NCBI GenBank assembly: GCA_963797095.1
Contig: CAWCNY010000001.1
Location: forward strand, 224,001 to 288,000
Reading direction: 5' to 3'
DNA length: 64,000 bases
Source of the DNA: an uncultured Chloroflexia bacterium
GTDB taxonomy: Bacteria; Chloroflexota; Chloroflexia; QHBQ01; JADMIH01
The position numbers and the translations under genes are program-made. Shown in pieces: positions 30,220-38,835 of this stretch; the first letter of the stretch is position 1; the number at the start of each line of letters is the position of its first letter. Below the pieces are notes generated by a model. It ran no database searches. It saw only the letters and a program-made list of their open reading frames with translations, and had not been told where the DNA came from.

Positions 30220-30708
30220 ATGAAAATAGAGATTATTGTCAAGGAGTGGATGTCGCAGCCGGTGAAGGTTGTTCACAGCGACACCCGGGTAGCTGATGCT
30301 TATAACCTCATGATGGAGAAGGGGATCCGCCGGTTGCCGGTGGTAGACGACGGGAAACTGGTCGGCATTGTGACGTTGGGCGACCTGCGCGAGGCGCGCC
30401 CCTCACCGGCCACCAGTCTCAGCATATATGAGTTGAACTATCTGCTCTCAAAGCTGACGGTGGGGCAGGTTATGACCCACAACCCATACACTGTTACCCC
30501 AGAAACGCCGATCCCGCAGGTTGCGCGCATCATGCTTGAGCGCAAGGTGAGCGGGCTGCCTGTGGTCGACAAGGAAAAGAGGCCGGTGGGCATAATCACA
30601 GAGTCGGACATCTTCCGCATGCTGATCGACCAATGGGACTACTTCACAATGCAGCACGTCGACCCCGGCTTTGTAGCATCTTTGATCGCGGAAGAAGCGA
30701 ACGCGTGA
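30220..30708 (+). CDS. CBS-pair protein (AcuB-like)
   Basis: IRRLPVV, SPATSLSIYELNYLL, GIITESD. Confidence 0.9.
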   Translation: MKIEIIVKEWMSQPVKVVHSDTRVADAYNLMMEKGIRRLPVVDDGKLVGIVTLGDLREARPSPATSLSIYELNYLLSKLTVGQVMTHNPYTVTPETPIPQVARIMLERKVSGLPVVDKEKRPVGIITESDIFRMLIDQWDYFTMQHVDPGFVASLIAEEANA

Positions 30709-30746
30709 CGAGTGACGAGTGACGAGTGTCACGGATCACGTATCAC
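30705..30746. repeat. heptamer mosaic (GTGACGA)3 plus TCACG(G/T)A
   Basis: Read directly. Confidence 0.85.
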
Positions 30747-30768
30747 TTTCACAGGCCGGAGGAGAGCT

Positions 30769-31074
30769 ATGGCAGTGTGCTTGAAGGACCTGTATGAAGA
30801 AACCGTAGCATCCCAGTTGAAGGTATGGGACGACGAGATCGAGCACCTGGACGCCAGGGCCGATATTTTGCTTGCACAGGTCGAAGACAGGTATTACTGC
30901 CTGATCAGGCATCTCCGCGTGAAGGAACGGGAGCTTCGGACAAAGCTCAACGAACTGAGAGTGGCGAAGGGCGACGACTGGGAGGGATATAAAGCCGAAC
31001 TGGCCCGGATCACTTCCGAGCTAAGAGACGAGATTGCCCTTGCAGTGCATGAGATCGACCTGGCACACTGTTAG
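30769..31074 (+). CDS. small coiled-coil hypothetical protein
   Basis: RBS GGAGGAG. YEE...QLKVWDDEI...WEGYK helical pattern. Confidence 0.75.
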   Translation: MAVCLKDLYEETVASQLKVWDDEIEHLDARADILLAQVEDRYYCLIRHLRVKERELRTKLNELRVAKGDDWEGYKAELARITSELRDEIALAVHEIDLAHC

Positions 31075-31141
31075 TAAACCGCCGGCATCTATACGGCAAC
31101 AGAGGAAATCGCAAAAGCTGGCATGAACGGAGGAAAATAAG

Positions 31142-32119
31142 ATGACCAGGCGCATCCTTGTACCGCTTGACGGCTCGGAATTGGCGGAGATGGCCCTGCC
31201 TCACGCCATAGCTATGGCGCACGCCAACCTTTACGGGCTGACTTTGCTGCGAGTTTTCCCGCCTCCTGTAGTAGTAAGCCAACTTGCCTGGGCCGTGCCG
31301 CCGTCTTCGAAGGCATGGGAAAGCAGTGAGGAGGAAGCGGATTCGGAGGCAGGTTACCTGAAGAAGGTAGCAGCGGAAATTGTCACCAGGGGAGTTGACA
31401 CCACCACCCAGCTAATCGAGGGCATCCCTCTGAGCGCCATCACAGACTACGTTGAGGAGCACCCTGAAGTGGTGATGATCGTGATGTCAACGCATGGCAG
31501 GAGCGGTATCGGCAGGTGGGTGCTGGGAAGTGTTGCCGAGCATGTACTCCACTCGGCGGCAGTGCCTGTGCTGCTGATCCGTCCATCCGAAGAGGAGAGG
31601 TTGGGGCTAGCGCAGGATTTCACTCTACCGCTCTACAAATCGCTGGTTGTGCCGTTGGACCAATCGCCGTTCGGGGCGCAGGCGCTGGGAGCAGCGCAGA
31701 ACCTGGCAAAGAGATTGCAGGCGAGGATGACACTTGTATCAGCACTACCGAGTGAGGGGGTGCACCCGGATGCGCTCTACCCGCCTGTGTCGGTGGCGAT
31801 ACCGGAGGACGACCCGAGACATACTATTGAGTACCTGGACAAGGTAGCCGAGGGCCTGCGTTGTGAGGGAATAGCAGTAGAACGGAGAGTTGAGTACGGG
31901 GAGCCTGCGGAAGTGATCGTGCAGGTGGCGGAGAAAGTACGGGGGGACCTGATAGTGATGTCAACGCACGGGCGCACAGGATTGCCGCGCTTATTGCTGG
32001 GGAGTGTGGCGATGCAGGTGGTGCATGCAGCGCACCTTCCGGTGCTGTTGATACGCCCGCACGAAATCGTCGCAGAGGAAGCGGCGGGGAAGAGAGAACA
32101 AGAACCTGCTGAGGTTTAG
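31142..32119 (+). CDS. tandem universal stress protein
   Basis: ILVPLDGS and two MSTHGR.G...LGSVA motifs. Confidence 0.93.
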   Translation: MTRRILVPLDGSELAEMALPHAIAMAHANLYGLTLLRVFPPPVVVSQLAWAVPPSSKAWESSEEEADSEAGYLKKVAAEIVTRGVDTTTQLIEGIPLSAITDYVEEHPEVVMIVMSTHGRSGIGRWVLGSVAEHVLHSAAVPVLLIRPSEEERLGLAQDFTLPLYKSLVVPLDQSPFGAQALGAAQNLAKRLQARMTLVSALPSEGVHPDALYPPVSVAIPEDDPRHTIEYLDKVAEGLRCEGIAVERRVEYGEPAEVIVQVAEKVRGDLIVMSTHGRTGLPRLLLGSVAMQVVHAAHLPVLLIRPHEIVAEEAAGKREQEPAEV

Positions 32120-32135
32120 GCAGACCTAAAAGGCT

Positions 32136-32168
32136 GGGCGGGGTGGGCGCTAAGCCCACCCCGTTTGT
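32136..32168 (+). terminator. intrinsic terminator
   Basis: Stem CGGGGTGGGC/GCCCACCCCG followed by TTTGT. Confidence 0.7.
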
Positions 32169-32229
32169 ATTGCCCAGGGATACTCTATGAGGTTACAATA
32201 GGCCCTATCAGGGCCGAGGCCGCCCGGCT

Positions 32230-33468
32230 ATGGGCGACGCCAAGCTATGGCCCGAAGGCACGCCGGTGCGAGTACTTGTTCTGAACAGCGGCAGTTCTAC
32301 CTTGAAGTTCGACCTGGTGGAGGTTGGGTCGGGAGATGACGCCGCTGGCGTGGTGCGTGTGGCGCATGGACTTGTGGACCGCATTGGCAGCGACGAAGCG
32401 ACCTTGACCCTGAGCGCTGGAGATCGAAAGGTTGAGAGGGCCGCCGCCGCAACGGAGTACAGTCAGGCAGTCGGGGAAGCACTGGATGCGCTGGGCTCGC
32501 TGTCCACAGGCGAGGTGGAGGCAATAGGCCATCGAGTTGTGCATGGCGGCGAGCGATTCGTATCTCCAACCTTGTTGGATGATGGGGTAATCGCCGCTCT
32601 CGCGGACTTGAGCGAGCTTGCGCCGTTGCACAATCCGCCCGCGCTGGAGGTTATCCAGGCTGCGCGCCTGGCGGTAGGCCCCATCATGCCGATGGTGGCG
32701 GTGTTCGATACCGCCTTTCACAGCAGCCTTCCTCCGGTGGCACGCACCTACGCGCTGCCTCACGATATGGCTCTGCGGTATGGGGTGAGACGATACGGAT
32801 TCCACGGAATCGCCCACCAGTTCATGCTTGAGAGCTATAGCCGAATCACAGGGATGCCCAGCGAACAAGCCACGATTATTACGCTGCAACTTGGAAATGG
32901 GTGTTCGGCGTGTGCCATACGCAACGGGCAGTCGGTCGATACGTCAATGGGCTTTACGCCGCTGGAAGGTCTGGTGATGGGCACGCGCTCAGGCGATATA
33001 GATCCAGGCATTGTAGGGTGGCTGGCGGAGCATGAGGGGATTTCAGCCGAAGAGGTTGTCACCTTGCTGAACAAGAAGTCGGGGCTGCTCGGTGTCTCGG
33101 GGAAAACGAGCGACATGCGCACACTGCTTGAGAGTCGCGAGCGGGATGAGGCGGCTGACCTGGCAATTGAGATATTTTGCTACAGGGTGCGCAAATATAT
33201 AGGTGCGTACCTGGTAGCGCTGGGAGGAGCCAGGGCGGTGGTGTTTGGGGGCGGGATCGGAGAGCACGCACCCTATGTTCGCCGGCGCATCCTCGACGGA
33301 ATGGAGTGGTACGGGCTGAGGCTCGATGCCGGACGTAACGGGCAGGCCACCGGCAGCGAGATGAAGATAAGCAGCGAGCGGTCGGACGTGGAAGTGTATG
33401 TGGTGCCTGTTGACGAAGCGGTGCTGATAGCCCGGCAAACGCGCGACTGTTTGGGGAGTAGCGAGTAG
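32230..33468 (+). CDS. ackA: acetate/propionate kinase
   Basis: LNSGSSTLK, GHRVVHGG, APLHNP, FDTAFH, YGFHG, TSMGFTPLEGL, GTRSG. Confidence 0.96.
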   Translation: MGDAKLWPEGTPVRVLVLNSGSSTLKFDLVEVGSGDDAAGVVRVAHGLVDRIGSDEATLTLSAGDRKVERAAAATEYSQAVGEALDALGSLSTGEVEAIGHRVVHGGERFVSPTLLDDGVIAALADLSELAPLHNPPALEVIQAARLAVGPIMPMVAVFDTAFHSSLPPVARTYALPHDMALRYGVRRYGFHGIAHQFMLESYSRITGMPSEQATIITLQLGNGCSACAIRNGQSVDTSMGFTPLEGLVMGTRSGDIDPGIVGWLAEHEGISAEEVVTLLNKKSGLLGVSGKTSDMRTLLESRERDEAADLAIEIFCYRVRKYIGAYLVALGGARAVVFGGGIGEHAPYVRRRILDGMEWYGLRLDAGRNGQATGSEMKISSERSDVEVYVVPVDEAVLIARQTRDCLGSSE

Positions 33469-33535
33469 CGAGTGCCGAGTATTTTGCGGAGGTGTATACT
33501 ATAGCCGGGCCACCGAGCCTGGCAATTGTATCGCA

Positions 33536-35398
33536 ATGATCAGACCCTCCAAGTCACAACTCCCCTTCATTATCATTGTCGCCCTTTTTTGTGTTTACGG
33601 GCTGATCTTTATCTACACAACGAGCTTTGTGGTGGGCGGCGAGCGGTACTTCTCGCTGTTCGATGACGCCATGATCTCGATGAGGTACGCGAAGAACTTC
33701 GCGGGTGGATATGGGCTGGTCTGGAATCCGGGAGCAGCGCCTGTTGAGGGTTATACGAACCCTCTGTGGGTGGGTTTCATGGCCTTCTGGCATCTCTTCC
33801 CGATCCCGGCCTCGAAGATGAGCCTGGCGATACAGTTGAGCGCTCTCGCGCTGCTGGTGGCGAACCTGTTCTTTGTGCGCAGGATTGCCCTGCTTATATC
33901 GGGCGGCTCGGACACGGTAGCGCTTATTGCCGTGGTGCTGACTGCGCTCTATTTGCCTCTCAACAACTGGAGCTTGCAGGGCATGGAGGTGGCCGCGCTC
34001 GCGCCCCTTGCTTCGTGGGCAGTGTGGCTGGCGCTGCGCACTTTGCAAACCTGGCGGTTTTCTCAGGCGGTCTATTTTCTCCTGGGGATTGGCACCCTCA
34101 TAAGGATGGATGCGGCGGTGATCCTGTTGGTGGTTACTTTGTTTCTTGCCGTTGCGGACAAGGAGAACAGGGCCAATCACTTGCTCTGTGGGTTCGGCGC
34201 GCTATTCTTGTTCGTGGGCGCGCAAACTCTGCTCAGGCTGGTCTATTACGGTGACTGGCTTCCGAATACCTATCATCTGAAACTGGAGGGGTTCCCGCTG
34301 CTGGGGAGATTGGCGAGAGGGCTCTATGTGCTGGGGTGGTTTGTCGCCAGCATGAGCCTGGTGGTATTCCTGGGGGCCTTTTATGTGGTCGTGGCGCGCC
34401 GCGACAAATATGTATTGCTGCTGGCATCGGTATTCCTGTCGCAGGTGGCATACAGCGTGTACGTTGGTGGCGATGCCTGGGAGTGGTGGGGCGGGAGCAA
34501 CCGCTACATTAGCATCGTAATGCCCGTATTCCTGACTCTGCTGGCATATAGCCTGTGGTATCTACTCTCAGGAAGCGGTGCAGCCGCGAGATGGTGGCGC
34601 GGGCTCGTGGATAGGGTTCCGGTGGCGGGTGCCGCTCACCTTGCCATTTTGTTGGGGCTGCTGGCCTGGGCCGCAATCGTGAATTACGGGGGAGCATCGG
34701 TGGGCCTGCCTGCATGGGGCGTGGCGATAGCGGTGTGGGTGGCTGCCGGGTTCGGAATCAGGTGGTGGGTGGGGCGGTCAGCGCCGGTAGGGGGCGCGAG
34801 CGGGAGCAGGCTCGGTGCGATCCTCAAGGCTGTGGCTTTGCCTGCCGTGCTGCTGCTGGCTATGATCGACCTGAATTCGCTGTACGTGCCGGGAGGCATC
34901 CTGGAGTGGTTGCTGGTCAAGACGCCTGTGCAGGTGCACAACAACCCGTCGATGGTTGAGAGGGCGCTGGTGCTCAGGCAGGTACTCAAACCCGGTGCGA
35001 GCTATGCGGTGGTGTGGGCCGGGATAATCCCATACTTCGCCGGTGGGGACGCAATCGACCTGCTGGGGAAGAATGACCGCACCATCGCGCAGGAGCCGAT
35101 GCACGAATATGTGGGAGCACCGCGTCCCGACTTCTACTTCTACCCGGGCCACATGAAATACGACTACGCTTATTCGGTCGGGCAGTTGCAGCCCGATTCT
35201 ATCGTGCAGTTCTGGTCTCTTGATCCCGATCCGCCCGACGAGCCTCCCAGCGTTGTGCCATTTATCGCGCGGCCTTACGTGGACGGCAGCTATGTACGCG
35301 CCGACTTCGGCTCTCTCTATATCTACCTTCAGAAGGACTCGCCTGATGTAAGATGGGATATTGTGCGCCAACTGGGGCATCCGACCTCCGGACATTAA
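33536..35398 (+). CDS. polytopic GT-C-fold membrane glycosyltransferase-like protein
   Basis: FDDAMISMRYAKN, GLVWNPG, VEGYTNPLW, GME, YYGDWLPNTY, many TM helices. Confidence 0.75.
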   Translation: MIRPSKSQLPFIIIVALFCVYGLIFIYTTSFVVGGERYFSLFDDAMISMRYAKNFAGGYGLVWNPGAAPVEGYTNPLWVGFMAFWHLFPIPASKMSLAIQLSALALLVANLFFVRRIALLISGGSDTVALIAVVLTALYLPLNNWSLQGMEVAALAPLASWAVWLALRTLQTWRFSQAVYFLLGIGTLIRMDAAVILLVVTLFLAVADKENRANHLLCGFGALFLFVGAQTLLRLVYYGDWLPNTYHLKLEGFPLLGRLARGLYVLGWFVASMSLVVFLGAFYVVVARRDKYVLLLASVFLSQVAYSVYVGGDAWEWWGGSNRYISIVMPVFLTLLAYSLWYLLSGSGAAARWWRGLVDRVPVAGAAHLAILLGLLAWAAIVNYGGASVGLPAWGVAIAVWVAAGFGIRWWVGRSAPVGGASGSRLGAILKAVALPAVLLLAMIDLNSLYVPGGILEWLLVKTPVQVHNNPSMVERALVLRQVLKPGASYAVVWAGIIPYFAGGDAIDLLGKNDRTIAQEPMHEYVGAPRPDFYFYPGHMKYDYAYSVGQLQPDSIVQFWSLDPDPPDEPPSVVPFIARPYVDGSYVRADFGSLYIYLQKDSPDVRWDIVRQLGHPTSGH

Positions 35399-35605
35399 AC
35401 AGCGGTACAGGAGCGGCTGGAGCTGGAGTGGTTACGGAGGGGTCGCAAACCCTGTCGCCCAAGTTCCTGCTCCATATTGATGTGATACTTGCCATGCAGG
35501 TTGATGTGCTCGTGGCGCGCTGGCGAGAGGTGCTTCAATTACCGCACACTGCACACTATAGGTAACGTTGCGTGCGTTGGGGCGGTTGAGGATGGTGGTT
35601 GAGTT

Positions 35606-36092
35606 CTATCCACCCAAGCTTTGGGCGATGGTATCAACTGTTGCGTGAGCTTCATCTCGCCGCTGAGCAGCTGTCGCCAGGTATCCTTTGGGTGCTGCTA
35701 GACGCACGAACACAGCGATAATTTCCTTGGGTGTAGGATAATAGTCCAGCAGTATGGGTCCAGTGTGTCGCGCCCCGGTCCAGAAATCCTCCCACTCCCC
35801 GTCCGGCAAGTAGATGGTTTGTTGCGTGGCCCCTTCGCCTGCTACGGGAGCTACCAGCAACGCATCACCCAGCTGGTACTGGTACGCGAACTCGTATACC
35901 TGCCGATCCAGGGGGTACTCGATTGGGAGGGCACGCATGAGGGGCACACCGGTCTCGCTGGCCTTGCGAGCCTCTTCATACAGGTAAGGCAACAGGCGCA
36001 TGCGCAGCTGAGCGTAGCGGCGAAATACGGGAATCACGTCCGGGTCGCCTGTGCGCTCCTGTATATTCCACGGCGTGCGGGCTCGGCTTGGT
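35606..36092 (-). pseudogene. GH31 alpha-glucosidase/xylosidase C-terminal fragment, cut by the IS6 end
   Basis: RTPWN, LRMRLLPYLY, GVPLMRAL, YQLGDALLVAPV, YLPDGEW. The 5' part is absent. Confidence 0.8.
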
Positions 36093-36377
36093 GGAAGCGT
36101 CAGAACTCGGACCACACACTTGGCCACGGGTAATGCATCGGTTATCCTGATAAGAAACCGAACTGAGGCTCACTGATGAATTGCCCGCACTGTTCATCCT
36201 CCTCAACCACTCGGCTTTCCAGAAAGACAGCCCTGGGCTACAGCGTCTTCCGTTGCAGGCAGTGTCACCGCATCTTCAACGAGCGGACCGGCACTCCTTT
36301 CAACTTCCTGGAATTCCCAACAGACATCGTGCTCCTGGTCGTGCTGTGGAGACTCCGGTATAAGCTAAGCCTAAGGG

Positions 36378-37853
36378 TATTGGTGACAAGTTAAGGTCAT
36401 GTGCATGATGTCAAGCTGTTTTGCTGCTGGATTTGGGTCGAGAGGTTGGGTAGAATCATGCATGAGCACATCTTCCAACCCTTCCAAACCAAAGAACAGC
36501 AGCGTCCGCCATACTCGCGCTATACAGCGGGACCGCTCCAAGCGTCCTACTGTGGGACCGCCTGCCGCTGCAGTGGAGCAGAGGCTGACTGAACTTATCC
36601 ACCCTGCTACCTATGCCCAGATAGCTGCCTATCAGGTCATGGGCTTGCGCCACCGCATCCTGACTTTGCCGGTGATGATGGCCTTCGCGTTGAGCATGAT
36701 CTGGCGTCAGATCGGCTCGGTGCGAGAAGCCGTGAGGGTACTGCATGAAGATGGAGTACTGTGGGTGCCTCCTGTGTCGGTGTCGCAACAAGCTGTAAAC
36801 CAGCGTCTGAGGACTATGCCCGCCTCGCTGTTCAGGCAGGTGCTCCTGGATGTGCTGCCCCTCATGCATGACCGCTGGCACGCTTCAGTGCGCCCCTTGC
36901 CAAGCGTGCTCACCTGGGCCAAGGGGCATTACACGGGTGTGGTGGCTTTCGATGGGTCCACCCTTGACACTTTGCTGCGTAAAGTGGGTCTGCTGCAAGA
37001 GCTCCCTGACAAGCACTCGGCCCTGTTGGGTGGGCGCATCGCGGGGGTGCTCGACCTGTGTTCTCGCTTGCCTGTGCACATCATTTATGAACCGGATAGT
37101 GCGGCGCACGACCAACTCTTCTGGGACGGGATCATCGAGACGTTGGAGAGTGGGCTGTTGGCCTTGTTTGACATGGGCTTTGTCAACTACACCTTCTTCG
37201 ACCGCCTCACCGAGCGAGGAGTGAGTATGCTGACCCCTCTCAAGGCGAATGCGGCCATACAAGTGGTGCGGGTGCTGCAACAGACGGACAGCATACACGA
37301 CTATGAAGTGGTGTTGGGTCAGGGCACCACACGCTGTGCTCACCCGATGCGGGTAGTGGAAATATCGGTGAAAGGCAAGTGGTACCGCTACCTGACCAAC
37401 GTGACCGACCCCCACAGATTGCCGGCTGAGCAGGTGGCGGCGTTGTATGCTGAGCGGTGGCGCATGGAAGATGCCTTCAACATCGTCAAGCGTCTGCTGG
37501 GACTGGCCTACTTCTGGTGTGGAGCGTCCAACGCCGTGCAGGTGCAGGTATGGGCCACCTGGATACTGTATGCGGTGCTGGTGGACCTCACCGACGCAGT
37601 GGCTGAGGCGGTAAGGCAGCCATTCAAGGCAATATCGTTGGAGATGGTGTTCCGGGCATTGTACCATTACACGCAAGCCTGTCAACGTCTGCGAGAGCAA
37701 GGGCGAGACCCTACCCTGGAGCTTGATGTGGTAGACTACCTGGCTCGCAAGGCCAAGGACCTTGACCTGCTCAAGCAGAAACGTCGTTGTCGTGCTTCTC
37801 ATGCTCAATCTGCTGTTTGACATCCCTGTGATTACCTTAACTTGTCACCAATA
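36378..37853 (+). mobile_element. IS4-family element nested in IS6
   Basis: 20-bp perfect IRs TATTGGTGACAAGTTAAGGT, flanked by direct repeat GCCTAAGGG. Confidence 0.92.
36462..37820 (+). CDS. IS4-family DDE transposase, apparently intact
   Basis: FDGSTLD, FDMGF, YAERWRMEDAFNIVK (YREK motif). Confidence 0.9.
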   Translation: MSTSSNPSKPKNSSVRHTRAIQRDRSKRPTVGPPAAAVEQRLTELIHPATYAQIAAYQVMGLRHRILTLPVMMAFALSMIWRQIGSVREAVRVLHEDGVLWVPPVSVSQQAVNQRLRTMPASLFRQVLLDVLPLMHDRWHASVRPLPSVLTWAKGHYTGVVAFDGSTLDTLLRKVGLLQELPDKHSALLGGRIAGVLDLCSRLPVHIIYEPDSAAHDQLFWDGIIETLESGLLALFDMGFVNYTFFDRLTERGVSMLTPLKANAAIQVVRVLQQTDSIHDYEVVLGQGTTRCAHPMRVVEISVKGKWYRYLTNVTDPHRLPAEQVAALYAERWRMEDAFNIVKRLLGLAYFWCGASNAVQVQVWATWILYAVLVDLTDAVAEAVRQPFKAISLEMVFRALYHYTQACQRLREQGRDPTLELDVVDYLARKAKDLDLLKQKRRCRASHAQSAV

Positions 37854-38291
37854 GCCTAAGGGATCTAGCAGAGATGTTCGCAGAGATGTTCCTGGTGCGC
37901 GGCTTCGAGTTCACTCACGAGGCAGTATGAGATTGGGAGGAGCGCTTCGCTCCCTTGATAACAGAGCAACTGCGCTCCAGGCATGGGGGCAAAGCCGGAA
38001 AATCATGGTATTGCGACGAAACCTACGTCCGCGTCGGTGGAAAATGGTGCTACCTGTACAGGGCAATCGACCGGGGTGGCAATCTGGTAGACTCGATCCT
38101 CTCGGAGCACCGCGATATGGCCTCCGCCAAGGGCTTCTTTACTCAGGCAAAAAAGGAAGATTGCGAGTTCCCAGTTCTGACGCTTCCCACTCGGTGGCAT
38201 TGTCCGGACCACGTCTGCTCCCAAGTATCGTTCGCGGACGAAGATAAAAACGAGTACGATCAGAACATCCAGATTGCCGACCTAAACATGC

Positions 38292-38633
38292 TCAACGCAG
38301 CAATCGCAGAGCCTCCTCCCCGAAAGCGATATCATCAAGCGAATTGCGCGGGGAGGCGACCAGATAGCTGAAGAACTGCCCGGGGTCCGTGTCGCCCTCG
38401 TCCAGCGACAGCCAGGACACGCGCACCCGGTCGGGGCCAGCCTTACCTGCCAGCTGGTGCGCCCAGGTACTCAGCAGCGTAGTCTTACCGAAACCAGGCG
38501 GAGCAGACAGCAGGGCCAGCCGCGTATCCTCGCGCAGAGCCTCGTCCAGGACTATTACCAGACGTGTCCGCTCGGTCACTCTGGTGCGGGGAGGAGGTAT
38601 AGCTATCTTGGTTGGGATGATAGGGGCAGACAC
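38292..38633 (-). pseudogene. N-terminal fragment of a MalT-like ATPase regulator
   Basis: PTKIAIPP, APPGFGKTTLL, WLSLDEGDTDP, then truncated. Confidence 0.8.
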
Positions 38634-38835
38634 AGTTTATTCGATTATCCAATCCTTATCAGCTTGACCAGGCGATGAAGGGCCACAGACCACGCCGGAA
38701 AGCTGCGGTGATACCGCCCCATCGGTTGCCTGAATGGAGACCGAAGGCGTCCTTCCTACAAGTATATCCCTTTGGGAACAATGGGAATAGGCTCATTCTC
38801 ATACCTCTTGCGCGGCTGACAGGTATAATTAACCC

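Larger units (their letters stand above)
36093..38187 (+). mobile_element. IS6-family element, transposase inactivated
   Basis: 15-bp IRs GGAAGCGTCAGAACT at both ends. Transposase MNCPHC...YKLSLR|DLAEMF...W.CDETY.RV.GKW.YLYRAID is split by IS4, carries a TGA and a 12-bp duplication, and lacks its C-terminal part. Confidence 0.88.

Noticed and set aside
37955-38371. 138-aa ORF as an intact gene
   Set aside because: IS6 transposase fragment reading through the right IR into unrelated DNA.
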